From: Candidatus Latescibacterota bacterium | GTDB lineage: Bacteria; Latescibacterota; UBA2968; UBA8231 | Direction: 5' to 3' | NCBI GenBank assembly: GCA_964291625.2 | Contig: OZ220089.1 | Location: forward strand, 3,520,001 to 3,584,000 | Length of the DNA stretch: 64,000 bases | Shown here: piece by piece, positions 9,693 to 19,578 of the stretch | How positions within the stretch are numbered: position 1 is the stretch's first letter | Layout: each line of letters starts with the position of its first letter | Notes under the pieces: model-generated | What the model was told of the DNA's origin: nothing | The model's database searches: none | The model's input: only the letters and a program-made list of their open reading frames with translations | Position numbers and translations under genes: made by a program

Positions 9693-9743
9693 GTTTGGAT
9701 CAATCCCAAATGAGCCCACCCACATCAGTGAGCAAACATTAGA

Positions 9744-10685
9744 ATGCCAGAGAACGCCCACTACGACGTCCTGATCATCGGTTCCGGCCCGGCCGGGTTC
9801 ACCGCCGCCGTGTACGCGGCGCGGGCGGACCTGGCGCCGCTGGTGCTGGAAGGCATGCAGCCCGGCGGGCAGCTGACGATCACCACCGACGTGGAGAACT
9901 ACCCCGGCTTCCCCGAGGGGATCATGGGGCCCGAGATGATGGACAAGTTCCGCGAGCAGGCCCAGCGGTTCGGCGCCACCACTCTCTTCCGGACCGCCAC
10001 CGAGGTCGACCTCTCCAAGCGCCCCTTCGCGGTGAAGGCCGAGGACCGGAGCTTCACCGCCGATGCGGTGATCATCGCCACGGGCGCCTCGGCGCGGCTC
10101 CTCGGCATCGAGTCGGAGACCCGGCTCATGGGCCACGGCGTGTCGGCATGCGCCACCTGCGACGGCTTCTTCTTCCGCGACAAGGAACTGGTCGTGGTCG
10201 GCGGCGGCGACTCGGCCATGGAGGAGGCCACCTTCCTGACCAAGTTCGCCACGCGGGTGAGCATCGTGCACCGGCGCGCCGAGTTCCGGGCCTCGAGGAT
10301 CATGCTCCACCGGGCCGAGGAGAACGAGAAGATCGACTTCGTCACGCCGGCCGTGGTGGAGGAGATCCTGTCACCCGACGGCGAGCTGGAGGTCAGCGGC
10401 GTGCGCCTGAGCAATCCGGAGACAGGCGAGACCTGGGAGCACCCGTGCCAGGGGGTGTTCATGGCCATCGGCCACATACCGAACACCCAGCTCTTCGAGG
10501 GCGTCCTCGAGATGGACGAGAACGGCTACCTGAGCACGGCCCCCGACTCGACGCGGACCAACGTCGAAGGCGTATTCGCCTGCGGCGACGCCCAGGACCA
10601 CGTCTACCGGCAGGCGGTGACCGCCGCCGGCACGGGATGCATGGCCGCCATCGAGGCCGAGCGCTGGCTGGGGGAGCGGAGCTGA
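9744..10685 (+). CDS. trxB: Thioredoxin-disulfide reductase
   Basis: GSGPAG, VENYPGF, CATCDG and [10 protein letters not shown] motifs. Confidence 0.97.
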   Translation: MPENAHYDVLIIGSGPAGFTAAVYAARADLAPLVLEGMQPGGQLTITTDVENYPGFPEGIMGPEMMDKFREQAQRFGATTLFRTATEVDLSKRPFAVKAEDRSFTADAVIIATGASARLLGIESETRLMGHGVSACATCDGFFFRDKELVVVGGGDSAMEEATFLTKFATRVSIVHRRAEFRASRIMLHRAEENEKIDFVTPAVVEEILSPDGELEVSGVRLSNPETGETWEHPCQGVFMAIGHIPNTQLFEGVLEMDENGYLSTAPDSTRTNVEGVFACGDAQDHVYRQAVTAAGTGCMAAIEAERWLGERS

Positions 10686-10710
10686 GCGGCTGAAAGCCCG
10701 GCCGCAGCTC

Positions 10711-12150
10711 CTACAGCGCCGCGAACACCTCGCGCCCGCGGCGGAAGAGGTCGCGCACTTCCTCGCGCTGACCGTCCGTGTCGTAACGGCCCACCGAATC
10801 GATCCAGCGCAGAGACTCGTCGATCGAGTCGAGGAAGAAGCGGGCGTCCCCGGGGCGCGCTTCGGACGGCCTTCCGCAGGTGAAGTAGGTGGGACTGGTG
10901 TGGGCGTAGACGGCCTGGTCGAAGCTGTCCCGGGCGTCCCCCCACAGGCGGGCGGCCACCCAGCCATCGCGCTCGGCGGCGACCTCGCAGCGCACCGTGC
11001 CGGCCCTCTCGCCCTCGGGGAACCCCTGGCGGTGGACGACGGCGCCGTCCACCACGACCTCGGCGGCCACCACCGGGTAGTGGGAGGCGAAGGTGACCTC
11101 CACCTCCAGGCGGCCGCCGCTGTCGAGGAGCAGGGTGGAGCCGAGGCCGGCGCCGTTGACGGTCATGTCGAGGGCGGGGCCGTTGGTGACGTAGGTGCGC
11201 CCCTGCTTCATGCCGTCGATCCACGCGGCGTAGGAGAACTCCTCCTCCACCTGCACGTAGACGCGGTTGTTGGAGCAGACGAACCAGTCGGTCCCCGTCG
11301 ACGCCGGCAGCTTCATCCCGCAGTTGAGGAGCTTGTACCAGAGGTCGTACTCCGGGTCCATCCAGAAGGGGTCGAAGAGGTTGAAGGCGTCGAGCTTGCC
11401 GAGGGCGGCGGCCACGGGGGCCTCCATGCCGCGGCCGTTGTGGCACCAGATGACCAGGCCGCCCTGGTCGCGGGCGTCGTCGCAGCAGAAGCACAGGGGC
11501 GGGTAGTCGGGGTCGAACTGGGCGGTGAGGATGTGGCCGCGGCTCACCGGCTGCACGAGGTTGCGGATGTTGAGGAACATGACGTGGCCGTAGCCGAAAC
11601 CCCAGGGCGACTTCTCCCCGTAGTGGCGGTTCTCCTCGCCGATGTCGAGGACGTGATGGGCGGTGGTGAACTCGTTCATCACGCCGATGGGGTACTTGTT
11701 GCTCGCGTACGGAAGCTGGCGCCGGTCGAGGACGGAGACGCAGGTGACGTTGTAGCCCTCCACCGAGCAGTCGACGCCGAGGCGCTCGTCGGGGCGCGTC
11801 TCCTTCTCGTCGTAGTGGATGTGGGTGTTGCCGGGGTACCAGTTCGAGGCCTGCGGATGGTGCCAGCGCTCCAGGGAGACCTCCACCTCGGCGACGCCGG
11901 CCTCGGGCGTCTCCACGGTGACGCGGCGGGGCCGGTACTCGGTGCCGCGCTCGACGAGGACGTCGGTGCGCCCGCGGCCGACGTTCACCTCGAACTGGCC
12001 GTCGGCGAAGAAGAAGGGAGTGCCGGGGCCGCGCTTCAGCAGCGCTCCGGCGGGGTGGTGGAAGCCGCCCGTCGGTCCGAGGACGTGGACCTTGGCGTCG
12101 ATGGGCTCGTTGGTGGCGGCGTCGACGATGGTGCCGTGGAGTGTGGCCAT
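10711..12150 (-). CDS. CehA/McbA-family (PHP-like) metallohydrolase
   Basis: Start MATLHG; ERGTEY, GNTHIH, WYKLLNCG..ASTGTD, GRTYVTNGP and AHTSP motifs. Confidence 0.8.
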   Translation of the reverse strand: MATLHGTIVDAATNEPIDAKVHVLGPTGGFHHPAGALLKRGPGTPFFFADGQFEVNVGRGRTDVLVERGTEYRPRRVTVETPEAGVAEVEVSLERWHHPQASNWYPGNTHIHYDEKETRPDERLGVDCSVEGYNVTCVSVLDRRQLPYASNKYPIGVMNEFTTAHHVLDIGEENRHYGEKSPWGFGYGHVMFLNIRNLVQPVSRGHILTAQFDPDYPPLCFCCDDARDQGGLVIWCHNGRGMEAPVAAALGKLDAFNLFDPFWMDPEYDLWYKLLNCGMKLPASTGTDWFVCSNNRVYVQVEEEFSYAAWIDGMKQGRTYVTNGPALDMTVNGAGLGSTLLLDSGGRLEVEVTFASHYPVVAAEVVVDGAVVHRQGFPEGERAGTVRCEVAAERDGWVAARLWGDARDSFDQAVYAHTSPTYFTCGRPSEARPGDARFFLDSIDESLRWIDSVGRYDTDGQREEVRDLFRRGREVFAAL

Positions 12151-13262
12151 CAGTTCAGCTCGTAGCTCTCGTAAGGGCGTTCGCAGGGGTTGCCGCGGCT
12201 CAGGTGCATGCGCCCGGCGCCGGCCTCGACGACGAGGGACCAGACGCTGGTCCAGTACCCGGTGACCGGGTCGTCGTTGGCGTGGCGGCAGATCGAGCGC
12301 GGGTGGTCCTGGTGGTCGCTGAGGATCTCCTGCAGCCGCTGACGGGTCACCGGCCGGGGGCAGGCGGCCAGCAGCTCGTCGACGCGGCACAGGCGGGGGC
12401 CGGACTCGATGAGCTCGGGGAAGTCGCGGTTGATCGGCGCCAGGTCGGGATGCACGCAGTGGTTGGTGTGGGTCACGACGCCGTCGCCGTCGTCGTCGCG
12501 CAGGACGTGCACGTTGTCGACCGTGACCTCCAGGTCGGCCGGCCCTTCCGGCGTCGACAGCAGGATGTTGGCGGGGATGGCGCGCCGGGCCCGGGAGACG
12601 GCGTCCACCGCCTCTTCCAGGGAGCGGGCCTCGTAGATGCCGCGCACGGTGAAGTAGTGGGGCACCCCGTAGCGGCGGGCCGGGGCCGGCAGGGTGTTCA
12701 TGCAGACGCCGATGCCGGCCTCGCTCACGCCGAGGTAGGCGATCAGCCCCGCCTGGGTGACACTCATGAAGGCCGGGGCGTCGTCGGGCCGGCGGGTCAG
12801 CACGACGGTGAAGGGGTCGAGGGCCGGGTCGTTGTCCCAGTTCTGTCCGGCCACGCCTCCGTCGCCGGTGATCTCGGCGCTCAGGGCGAAGGCGGTGCAC
12901 CCGGAGTCGGCGGGCGCCATGCCGCGGCCCCGGCCCGAGTCCGGCTGCAGCTGGTTGCGGATCTGCAGCAGCATCAGCGCCTCCACGGAGACGCCGCAGG
13001 CCCGGCTCATGCCCTCCAGCTCGGCCAGCATGTGGGGCGCGTACCCGCGCGCGTCGTCGACGCAGCGCCTCGCCACCTCCAGGGCGCGCTCCCGGGAGAC
13101 GTCCACGCTCAGGCGCACGCGCTCCAGGGCGATGGCGTCGAAGCCGCGGATCTCCTCGCCCAGGGCCTCGCCGATCTGCTCGCCCATGGCCGCCGGCGAG
13201 CCGGCTACGGTGAGCTCGGGGTAACGGGTGGCCGCCGCGGCGGCCGGTGCGGTCGCGGTCAT
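12150..13262 (-). CDS. C45 family Ntn-hydrolase/acyltransferase
   Basis: GCTAF nucleophile site, GQNWD and HTNH; start overlaps the upstream stop. Confidence 0.88.
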   Translation of the reverse strand: MTATAPAAAAATRYPELTVAGSPAAMGEQIGEALGEEIRGFDAIALERVRLSVDVSRERALEVARRCVDDARGYAPHMLAELEGMSRACGVSVEALMLLQIRNQLQPDSGRGRGMAPADSGCTAFALSAEITGDGGVAGQNWDNDPALDPFTVVLTRRPDDAPAFMSVTQAGLIAYLGVSEAGIGVCMNTLPAPARRYGVPHYFTVRGIYEARSLEEAVDAVSRARRAIPANILLSTPEGPADLEVTVDNVHVLRDDDGDGVVTHTNHCVHPDLAPINRDFPELIESGPRLCRVDELLAACPRPVTRQRLQEILSDHQDHPRSICRHANDDPVTGYWTSVWSLVVEAGAGRMHLSRGNPCERPYESYELN

Positions 13263-14251
13263 CTCTCCTCCCTCACTTGCAGGATCACCTTGCCCAGGTT
13301 CTCGTTGCGCTCCAGCACGGCGTGGGCCGCCCCGGCCTCCTCGATCGGCATGACCCGGTCGATGACGGGCTCGAGGCGGCCGTCGACCAGGGCGCCGAGG
13401 AAGCGGGTCCGGAAGCGGCTGATGATGTGGTCCTTCTCCTCCACCGGCCGGGCCCGCAGCAGCGAGCCGACGATGCGCAGCCGCTTCCGCAGGACCAGCG
13501 ACAGGTCGATCTCCGCGCGGGAGCCGCCGAGGAGGGAGAGCACCACCAGGCGCCCCTTGAGGCCCAGGCTCTCGATGTTGTCCGCCAGGTGGCTGGCGCC
13601 GGCCACGTCGAGGATCACGTCCACGCCGCCCTCCGACGTGCCCAGGTGTTCGGCGACGGCCTCGTGGAAGCCGTTCCGGTAGTCGACGGCCAGCTCGGCG
13701 CCGAGGCGGCGGCAGAGATCCCGCTTGGCCTCGGTCCCGGCGGTGGCCAGCACCCGGCAGCCCTGGTGGCGGGCCAACTGGATGGCGGCGGTGCCGACGC
13801 CGCTGGCGCCGCCGTGGACGAGGACCGTCTCCCCGGACTGCAGGCCCGCCTCCTCGAAGAGGTTCAGCCAGGCGGTGAGGAAGACCTCGGGGACCGCCGC
13901 CCCGCGGGCGAAGTCCCAGTCGTCCGGCATGGGGATCAGCAGGCGCTCGTCGACCGCCGCGCGCTCGGCGTAGCCGCCGCCGGCCAGCAGGGCGCAGACG
14001 CGGTCTCCCGGACGGACCCGCGAGACCTCGTCGCCGGCCTCGGCCACGACGCCGGCCAGCTCCAGGCCGAGGGTCTCGGGCGCCCCCGGCGGCGGCGGGT
14101 AGCCGCCGGCCCGCTGCAGCAGGTCGGCGCGGTTGACGGCGGTGGCGTGGACCTCGACCAGGACCTCCCGCGGCCCGATCTCCGGGTCCGGCACCTCCAC
14201 CCAGCGGAGGGGGCGGCCCGGGGTTTCCGCATCGACGGCGATCGCCTTCAT
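13259..14251 (-). CDS. NAD(P)H:quinone oxidoreductase, PIG3 family
   Basis: VNRADLLQRAGGYPPPPG and HGGASGVG motifs. Confidence 0.93.
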   Translation of the reverse strand: MKAIAVDAETPGRPLRWVEVPDPEIGPREVLVEVHATAVNRADLLQRAGGYPPPPGAPETLGLELAGVVAEAGDEVSRVRPGDRVCALLAGGGYAERAAVDERLLIPMPDDWDFARGAAVPEVFLTAWLNLFEEAGLQSGETVLVHGGASGVGTAAIQLARHQGCRVLATAGTEAKRDLCRRLGAELAVDYRNGFHEAVAEHLGTSEGGVDVILDVAGASHLADNIESLGLKGRLVVLSLLGGSRAEIDLSLVLRKRLRIVGSLLRARPVEEKDHIISRFRTRFLGALVDGRLEPVIDRVMPIEEAGAAHAVLERNENLGKVILQVREER

Positions 14252-14307
14252 TGGGCCAAAGGTCGGCCTTCCGATCCCGCCGCGGCAAACCCGCGGCCTT
14301 CCCCTGC

Positions 14308-15363
14308 ATGACCGGCACCCGTCACATATCCCCGCGTTCGGCCCACGCCTTCTGCGTCGACGTCCTCGGCCGGCTCGGCGTCCCCGCCGGGGAGGCCCGG
14401 GTCTGCGCCGAGACCCTGGTGGAGGCGAGCCTGCGCGGCGTCGACAGCCACGGGATCAGCCTCCTGGGGACCTTCGCCGAGCGCATCCACTCGGGGCAGA
14501 TGCGGCCCGGCCGCAGGCCCCTGGTGCGCCGCGAGGGGGCGGCCACGGCCCTCGTCGACGGCCAGCACGGCCTCGGTCCACCCCTGGCGCGGTGGGCCGT
14601 GGCCAAGGCCCGGGAGAAAGCCGGAGAGACCGGCCTCGGGGCGGTGGCCCTGGGGGACGCCAACTACGTGGGAGCCTTGGCGACCTACGTGGAGGCCCCG
14701 GCCCGCGCCGGCCTGCTGACCGTCGCCGCGGCCAACTCGACGCCGAGGGTGGCCCCACACGGCGGCCGTGAGGGGCTGCACGGCACCAACCCCATGGCCT
14801 GGGCCTCTCCCGCCGCCGCCGGCGAGCCCCTGGTCTTCGACGCCGCCACCGGCCATTCGGCGGCCAAGGTGACCCAGGCCGCCGAGGAGGGGAGGCCGCT
14901 GGCCCCCGGCATCGGCCTGGACCCCGACGGCCGGCCGACGACCGACCCGGCGGCGGCGAGGGCCGGCACCCTGCTGCCCGTGGGCGGTGCTCTCGGCTAC
15001 GGCTTCGGACTGCTGGTGGACCTGCTGACGGGGGGGCTGGCGGGCGGCCCCTGCGGCCGCCAGGTGCCCCCGGTGACCGAGCTGGACGGGCCGTACGGCT
15101 GCAGCTTCTTCGTCCTCGTCGTCGATCCGGCGTCCTTCGGCGGGGGCCTCGCCGAGGCGGCGCGGCGACTCGCCGCCGACGCCCGCGCCACGACTCCGGC
15201 GGAGGGCGCCGGCCCGGTCCGGGTGCCCGGCGACCGGGCCCGCCAGATGCGAGAGCAACGGCTGGCCGGCGGCATTCCCATCGGCGCCGGGCGCTGGCAG
15301 GCTCTGACCCGACGCCTGCGGGCCAGCGGCGTCGACCCCGTGCCAGAGGTTCGGCGGGACTGA
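14308..15363 (+). CDS. Ldh_2 family oxidoreductase (malate/L-sulfolactate dehydrogenase-like)
   Basis: RGVDSHG, GTNPMA and VRVPG motifs. Confidence 0.88.
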   Translation: MTGTRHISPRSAHAFCVDVLGRLGVPAGEARVCAETLVEASLRGVDSHGISLLGTFAERIHSGQMRPGRRPLVRREGAATALVDGQHGLGPPLARWAVAKAREKAGETGLGAVALGDANYVGALATYVEAPARAGLLTVAAANSTPRVAPHGGREGLHGTNPMAWASPAAAGEPLVFDAATGHSAAKVTQAAEEGRPLAPGIGLDPDGRPTTDPAAARAGTLLPVGGALGYGFGLLVDLLTGGLAGGPCGRQVPPVTELDGPYGCSFFVLVVDPASFGGGLAEAARRLAADARATTPAEGAGPVRVPGDRARQMREQRLAGGIPIGAGRWQALTRRLRASGVDPVPEVRRD

Positions 15364-15368
15364 ATACC

Positions 15369-15397
15369 TTGCCGGGCCCCGCCGCAGGGGGTATATA
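15369..15397 (+). promoter_or_regulatory. Sigma70-like promoter for zapA
   Basis: TTGCCG-17 nt-TATATA. Confidence 0.45.
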
Positions 15398-15438
15398 TCA
15401 GGAACGTTGCTTCGGTCCCCCTTCGCGGACGGTCAGGC

Positions 15439-15816
15439 TTGGCGCAAGGCAGTGCTCAGGTCCAGGGAGTCCTCGTCAAGATCCTCGGCGAGGAGTACCG
15501 CATCGCGGGCGATCCCGAGCAGGTACAGGAGGTCGCCGCCTACGTCGACGCCCGGATGAAGGAGATCGCCGAGAGGCACACCGGCATGGGGCAGCGGCAG
15601 GTGGCGATCCTGGCGTCCATGCAGATCGCCGCGGAGCTCTTCAAGCTGGTGGCCGACCGCAAGGCCTTCACCGACCGGGCCCGCGACAGCGTCGAGCGCC
15701 TGATCCACCTGGTGGAGAACCGGGGCGAGATCGCCGGCGACGAGGCTGTCGCCGAGCCGCCGCGGAACCAGCGCCTCAGCGACAAGCCCGTCCGTCTCCC
15801 GACCACGCGTTCCTGA
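15439..15816 (+). CDS. zapA: Cell division protein ZapA
   Basis: VKILGEEYRI..VAAYVDARMKEI..VAILASMQIAAEL followed by a coiled coil; TTG start. Confidence 0.88.
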   Translation: MAQGSAQVQGVLVKILGEEYRIAGDPEQVQEVAAYVDARMKEIAERHTGMGQRQVAILASMQIAAELFKLVADRKAFTDRARDSVERLIHLVENRGEIAGDEAVAEPPRNQRLSDKPVRLPTTRS

Positions 15817-15817
15817 A

Positions 15818-17185
15818 TCACCCCCCGGCGAGCAGACCCTCCGCCTCGTCGCACAACCTCGCCGCCTCTTCGGGGTCGGCGCTCTCCGCCATGACCCGCA
15901 CCACGGGCTCGGTGTTCGACGCCCGCAGGTGGACCCACGGACACTCGAGCCGGCCCCCGAGGTAGAGCTTGCCGCCGTCGGCGACGGGGTGGCGGTAGGC
16001 GCCGGGGTAGCGCCTGGCGAGCGAGGACAGGGCCCCTTCCATCCCCGCGGGGTCGGCGTCGACCCTGCGCTTCTCGATGTGATAGGCGGGCAGGGCGGCG
16101 GCCAGCCCGGTGAGCGAGGGGCCGCGTCCGGCCAGCGCCTCCAGGACGAGGGCCATCCCGACGGCGGCGTCGCGGCCGGGGTCGACCTCGGTGAGGATGA
16201 CGCCGCCGTTGCCCTCGCCGCCGATGACCGCGCCTTCGGAGATCATGGCGTCGACGACGTGGACCTCGCCGACAGGGGTGAGGATCACCGGACAGCCCGC
16301 CGCCTCGGCGGCGTCGCTCACCACCTGCGAGGTGGAGAGGGTGGTCACCACGGGGCCGCGCCGTCGCCGGGTCACCACCTGCACCGCCAGCGCCAGGGTG
16401 AGGTCCTCGCCGAGGGGTCTTCCGTCCTGGCCGACGAGGGCGACGCGGTCGGCGTCGGGATCGATGGCGAAGCCGGCGTGGCATCCGTGGTCGAGGACGG
16501 CGCGGCCGAGGTCGGCCAGGTTCGCGGCCACGGGCTCCGGGTCGTGGGCGAAGCGGCCGTCGGGCTCGGCGTGGATGAAGACGGCCTCGACGCCCAGGGC
16601 CTCGAGCAGGCGCGGCGCGAAGAGGGCCCCCGTGCCGTTGCAGGGATCGACGGCGGCGCGCAGGCCGGCTCGCCGTATGAGGTCGACGTCGACGACATCC
16701 AGGACCCGCTCGAGAAAGCGGTCCTCCACCTCTTCGCGGGTGACGCGCTGCAGCCGTCCTCCGGGGGCGCGCCGGCGGTCGCCGCGATGAAAGGCCGCCT
16801 CCACCCGGCGGGCGTCCCCGGCGTCGAGGAAGATGCCGTCCCCGCGGATCAGCTTGAGGCCGTTCCACTCCGCCGGATTGTGGCTGGCCGTGAGGATGAC
16901 GGCGCCGTCGGCCGGCAGCAGGAGGACCATCATCTTGGCGGCGGGCGTGGCGCAGACGCCGAGGTCGAGGACGGCGCACCCGGCCTCCTGCAGCTCCTCG
17001 GCGGCGGCTCGGGCGAAGTCCTCCCCCGAAGGGCGCGTGTCCCGCGCCAGGACGACCCGGGACCCCGGCGGCAGACGCGCGGCGAAGGCGGCGGCGAAGC
17101 GGCGCACCGTGTCGCCGGTGAGGGAGCCGCCGACGATGCCGCGGATGCCGGAGTGGCTGACCATGAGCGGGGGGTCCCGGCTCAC
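15818..17185 (-). CDS. Phosphohexomutase (phosphoglucosamine mutase/PMM family)
   Basis: TASHNP, DPDADR, GEGNGG and RASNTEP motifs. Confidence 0.9.
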   Translation of the reverse strand: MSRDPPLMVSHSGIRGIVGGSLTGDTVRRFAAAFAARLPPGSRVVLARDTRPSGEDFARAAAEELQEAGCAVLDLGVCATPAAKMMVLLLPADGAVILTASHNPAEWNGLKLIRGDGIFLDAGDARRVEAAFHRGDRRRAPGGRLQRVTREEVEDRFLERVLDVVDVDLIRRAGLRAAVDPCNGTGALFAPRLLEALGVEAVFIHAEPDGRFAHDPEPVAANLADLGRAVLDHGCHAGFAIDPDADRVALVGQDGRPLGEDLTLALAVQVVTRRRRGPVVTTLSTSQVVSDAAEAAGCPVILTPVGEVHVVDAMISEGAVIGGEGNGGVILTEVDPGRDAAVGMALVLEALAGRGPSLTGLAAALPAYHIEKRRVDADPAGMEGALSSLARRYPGAYRHPVADGGKLYLGGRLECPWVHLRASNTEPVVRVMAESADPEEAARLCDEAEGLLAGG

Positions 17186-17281
17186 GGGGTCCTCTCCGGG
17201 GGCGATGGTCGTGGGGCAGGGGGCATGGCGCCGAATAGTATGGGCCGCCCGCGGGCGGTTCCAAAGGGCGGGGAAAGCCGC

Positions 17282-17309
17282 TTGACACCCCTGCGGGCAC
17301 TCCTATCGT
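17282..17309 (+). promoter_or_regulatory. Sigma70-like promoter
   Basis: TTGACA-16 nt-TATCGT. Confidence 0.45.
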
Positions 17310-17322
17310 AGCGGCCCCTGCC

Positions 17323-18627
17323 ATGGGAACCACCGCGATGCGCCGCCTCCCTCTCCTCTGCCTGCTGGCCGCCCTGGGCGCATGCAGCCTGCCCTTCGGC
17401 CGGCCGGCCCGCCCCGCTCCCCCGGCGGCCCTGCGCGTCGACTTCGACAGTCTCAGCGCCAGCGCGCGGCTGGCCTGGGGCCGGCCTCCGGAGAAGGGAT
17501 TCCTGCGCTACGACGTGGAGCGCGCCGGCCGCCGCGGCTTCGAGGTGGTCGCCTCGGTCAGCGGCCACCGGGACACGGCCTGGGTCGACGAGGGGCTGCT
17601 GGCCGACCGCGGCTACCGCTACCGCGTGGCCGCCGTCTTCCGCGCCCGCGGGGACGAGGAGGAGCTGCGCCTCGAGAGCCCGGCGGTGCCGGGCGGCATC
17701 CACCGCCGCGTCGGCGGCTGGTCCCTGTCCGACGGCTTCCTGCCGACCCGGATCGTCCTCTCCGAGGAGGGGGTCCTCCATGTCCTCGGCGCCGGCCGGG
17801 GCTGGGTCGAGCGCTTCGACCGGGACGGCAAGCCCATGGGGCGCTGGCGCTACACCGATTCGCCCAACGCCTGCCTCGAGACGGCCACCCTCGATGCCGC
17901 GTCCGCGGCCTTCGACGCGGGCGGACACCTGTACGTCGTCTTCAACACTCACGTGGAGGGGGGGCCGCCGCAGCCGCGCTGGGCCAAGCTCGGCGCCGAC
18001 GGGGCGCGGCTGTGGACGCGGCCCCTGAGCACCGTCTTCGCGCGCCACATCACCGCCGACGGCGACCGCCTCTTCGTCGAGAGCGTCAGCCACCTGCAGG
18101 AGCTCGGTCCCGACGGCGAGCTCGTGGAGCACTACAGCGTCCCGCCGCTGATGGTGTCGAGCGTGCGCTTCCACGACGGCGCCTTCGCCGCCCTGGTGGA
18201 GCCCCTGGGCTACGACACCTCCGGCTGGCTGGCGCCGCGCCTCGTGGTCTACGGCTCGGTGGAGCGCAGCGAGGTGGGTCGCGTCACCGGCCGCGACCCG
18301 CTGTCGCCGGAGGACCGGGGCGCCGGCCTCCTCAACCGGCCCACGGACTTCACCCACGACACCGCCACCGACCGCGTCTTCGTGGTCAACGGCGGCCACG
18401 ACCGCATCGAGGTCTTCCGCGGCGGCGAGTACCTCACGAGGTGGGGCCGGGAGGGCGCCGACCCCTCCGCCTTCCGCTTCCGCGGCGAGGCCACGGTGCT
18501 CGCCGACGTGACCACGGGGGAGCGGGTGACCCGGGAGGTCGTGGCCGGCGGCATCGCCCGCGACCGCGACGGGTACATCTACGTGGCCGACACCTTCAAC
18601 AACCGGATCCAGAAGTTCGCTCCATGA
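17323..18627 (+). CDS. Lipoprotein with an FN3-like domain and NHL-repeat beta-propeller
   Basis: LGAC lipobox; YRYRVAAV; GIARDRDGYIYVADTFNNRIQKF. Confidence 0.75.
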   Translation: MGTTAMRRLPLLCLLAALGACSLPFGRPARPAPPAALRVDFDSLSASARLAWGRPPEKGFLRYDVERAGRRGFEVVASVSGHRDTAWVDEGLLADRGYRYRVAAVFRARGDEEELRLESPAVPGGIHRRVGGWSLSDGFLPTRIVLSEEGVLHVLGAGRGWVERFDRDGKPMGRWRYTDSPNACLETATLDAASAAFDAGGHLYVVFNTHVEGGPPQPRWAKLGADGARLWTRPLSTVFARHITADGDRLFVESVSHLQELGPDGELVEHYSVPPLMVSSVRFHDGAFAALVEPLGYDTSGWLAPRLVVYGSVERSEVGRVTGRDPLSPEDRGAGLLNRPTDFTHDTATDRVFVVNGGHDRIEVFRGGEYLTRWGREGADPSAFRFRGEATVLADVTTGERVTREVVAGGIARDRDGYIYVADTFNNRIQKFAP

Positions 18628-19544
18628 GCCGGGCGATGGCCGCCGCCGTCGTCCTCTGCCTGGCGGCGTCGGCGGCGGCCAAGGAGGGCTACAACGTCTG
18701 GGCGAAGGAGCGCATCCGCTACCAGAAGGAGCGGGTGCAGAAGGACCCGTACAACCCCGAGCTGCGGGTGCTGCTGGCCAACGCCTACTTCGAGGACCAG
18801 AGCTACAACATGGCCGCCGGCCAACTGGAGGAGGCCCTGGAGCTGGAGCCGGGTTACGCCGAGGCGCACTGCAACCTCGGCGTCGTGCGCCACGCCCAGT
18901 CGCGCATCGCCGAGGCGGAGGAGCACTACCGGCGGGCCCTGGAGCAGGACTCGACCATGGTCGAGGCCCTGGCCGGGCTCGGCACCCTTCTGTGCGCCAC
19001 CGGCGAGCAGGGCGAGGGGATCGGCTACCTGGAGCGCACCCTGCGCCTCGACCCCGAGCGCGACGACGCCCGCTACAACCTCGGCGTCGCCTACCACCGG
19101 GTGCAGGACTACCGGCGCTCCATCTCCCATCTCGAGAGCCTCGTGGAGAGGCGGGCCGACCACCCCGGCGCCCGCCGGGCCCTGTCGCAGTCGTACTTCG
19201 CCCGCGGCCTGACCCTGCTGGAGGCCGGCCACCCGAGGCAGGCCATCGCCTTCTTCCACCGCTCCTTCGCCCTGCGGGAGCACGCCGACGTGATCTACGC
19301 CGAGGGCGTCGCCTACCTGCGCCTGGAGGACCTGGCCGCCGCCCGCAAGGCCTTCGCCGCCGCCGTGGGCCTCGACTCCCTGCACGTGCCGGCGATCCAC
19401 AACTTGGCGTACGTCCTCGATCGCAGCGGCCGGCCCGAGGAGGCGGAGCGCTGGTACCAGCTCGAGGCCCGGCTCACCCCCCAGCTCCACCGGATCGAGG
19501 CGGCGCGCAACGCCGAGTACGACGACAGCTATCTCTTCGAGTAG
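18624..19544 (+). CDS. Secreted tetratricopeptide-repeat protein
   Basis: Signal peptide; AEAHCNLG and ARYNLGVAY TPR units; ATGA overlap. Confidence 0.85.
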   Translation: MSRAMAAAVVLCLAASAAAKEGYNVWAKERIRYQKERVQKDPYNPELRVLLANAYFEDQSYNMAAGQLEEALELEPGYAEAHCNLGVVRHAQSRIAEAEEHYRRALEQDSTMVEALAGLGTLLCATGEQGEGIGYLERTLRLDPERDDARYNLGVAYHRVQDYRRSISHLESLVERRADHPGARRALSQSYFARGLTLLEAGHPRQAIAFFHRSFALREHADVIYAEGVAYLRLEDLAAARKAFAAAVGLDSLHVPAIHNLAYVLDRSGRPEEAERWYQLEARLTPQLHRIEAARNAEYDDSYLFE

Positions 19545-19549
19545 CCGCG

Positions 19550-19578
19550 TTGACTTCGAAGGCCCCCCTTCATAGCTT
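19550..19578 (+). promoter_or_regulatory. Sigma70-like promoter for infA-lysS
   Basis: TTGACT-17 nt-TAGCTT. Confidence 0.6.

Larger units (their letters stand above)
8251..9740. mobile_element. Low-GC accessory islet of two genes, no mobility gene
   Basis: Abrupt GC and codon-usage drop relative to the flanks; AATGAGCCCA at 8300-8309 and 9709-9718. Confidence 0.6.

Noticed and set aside
15816-15900. 6S RNA expected downstream of zapA
   Set aside because: No room; the convergent phosphohexomutase gene ends 2 bp away
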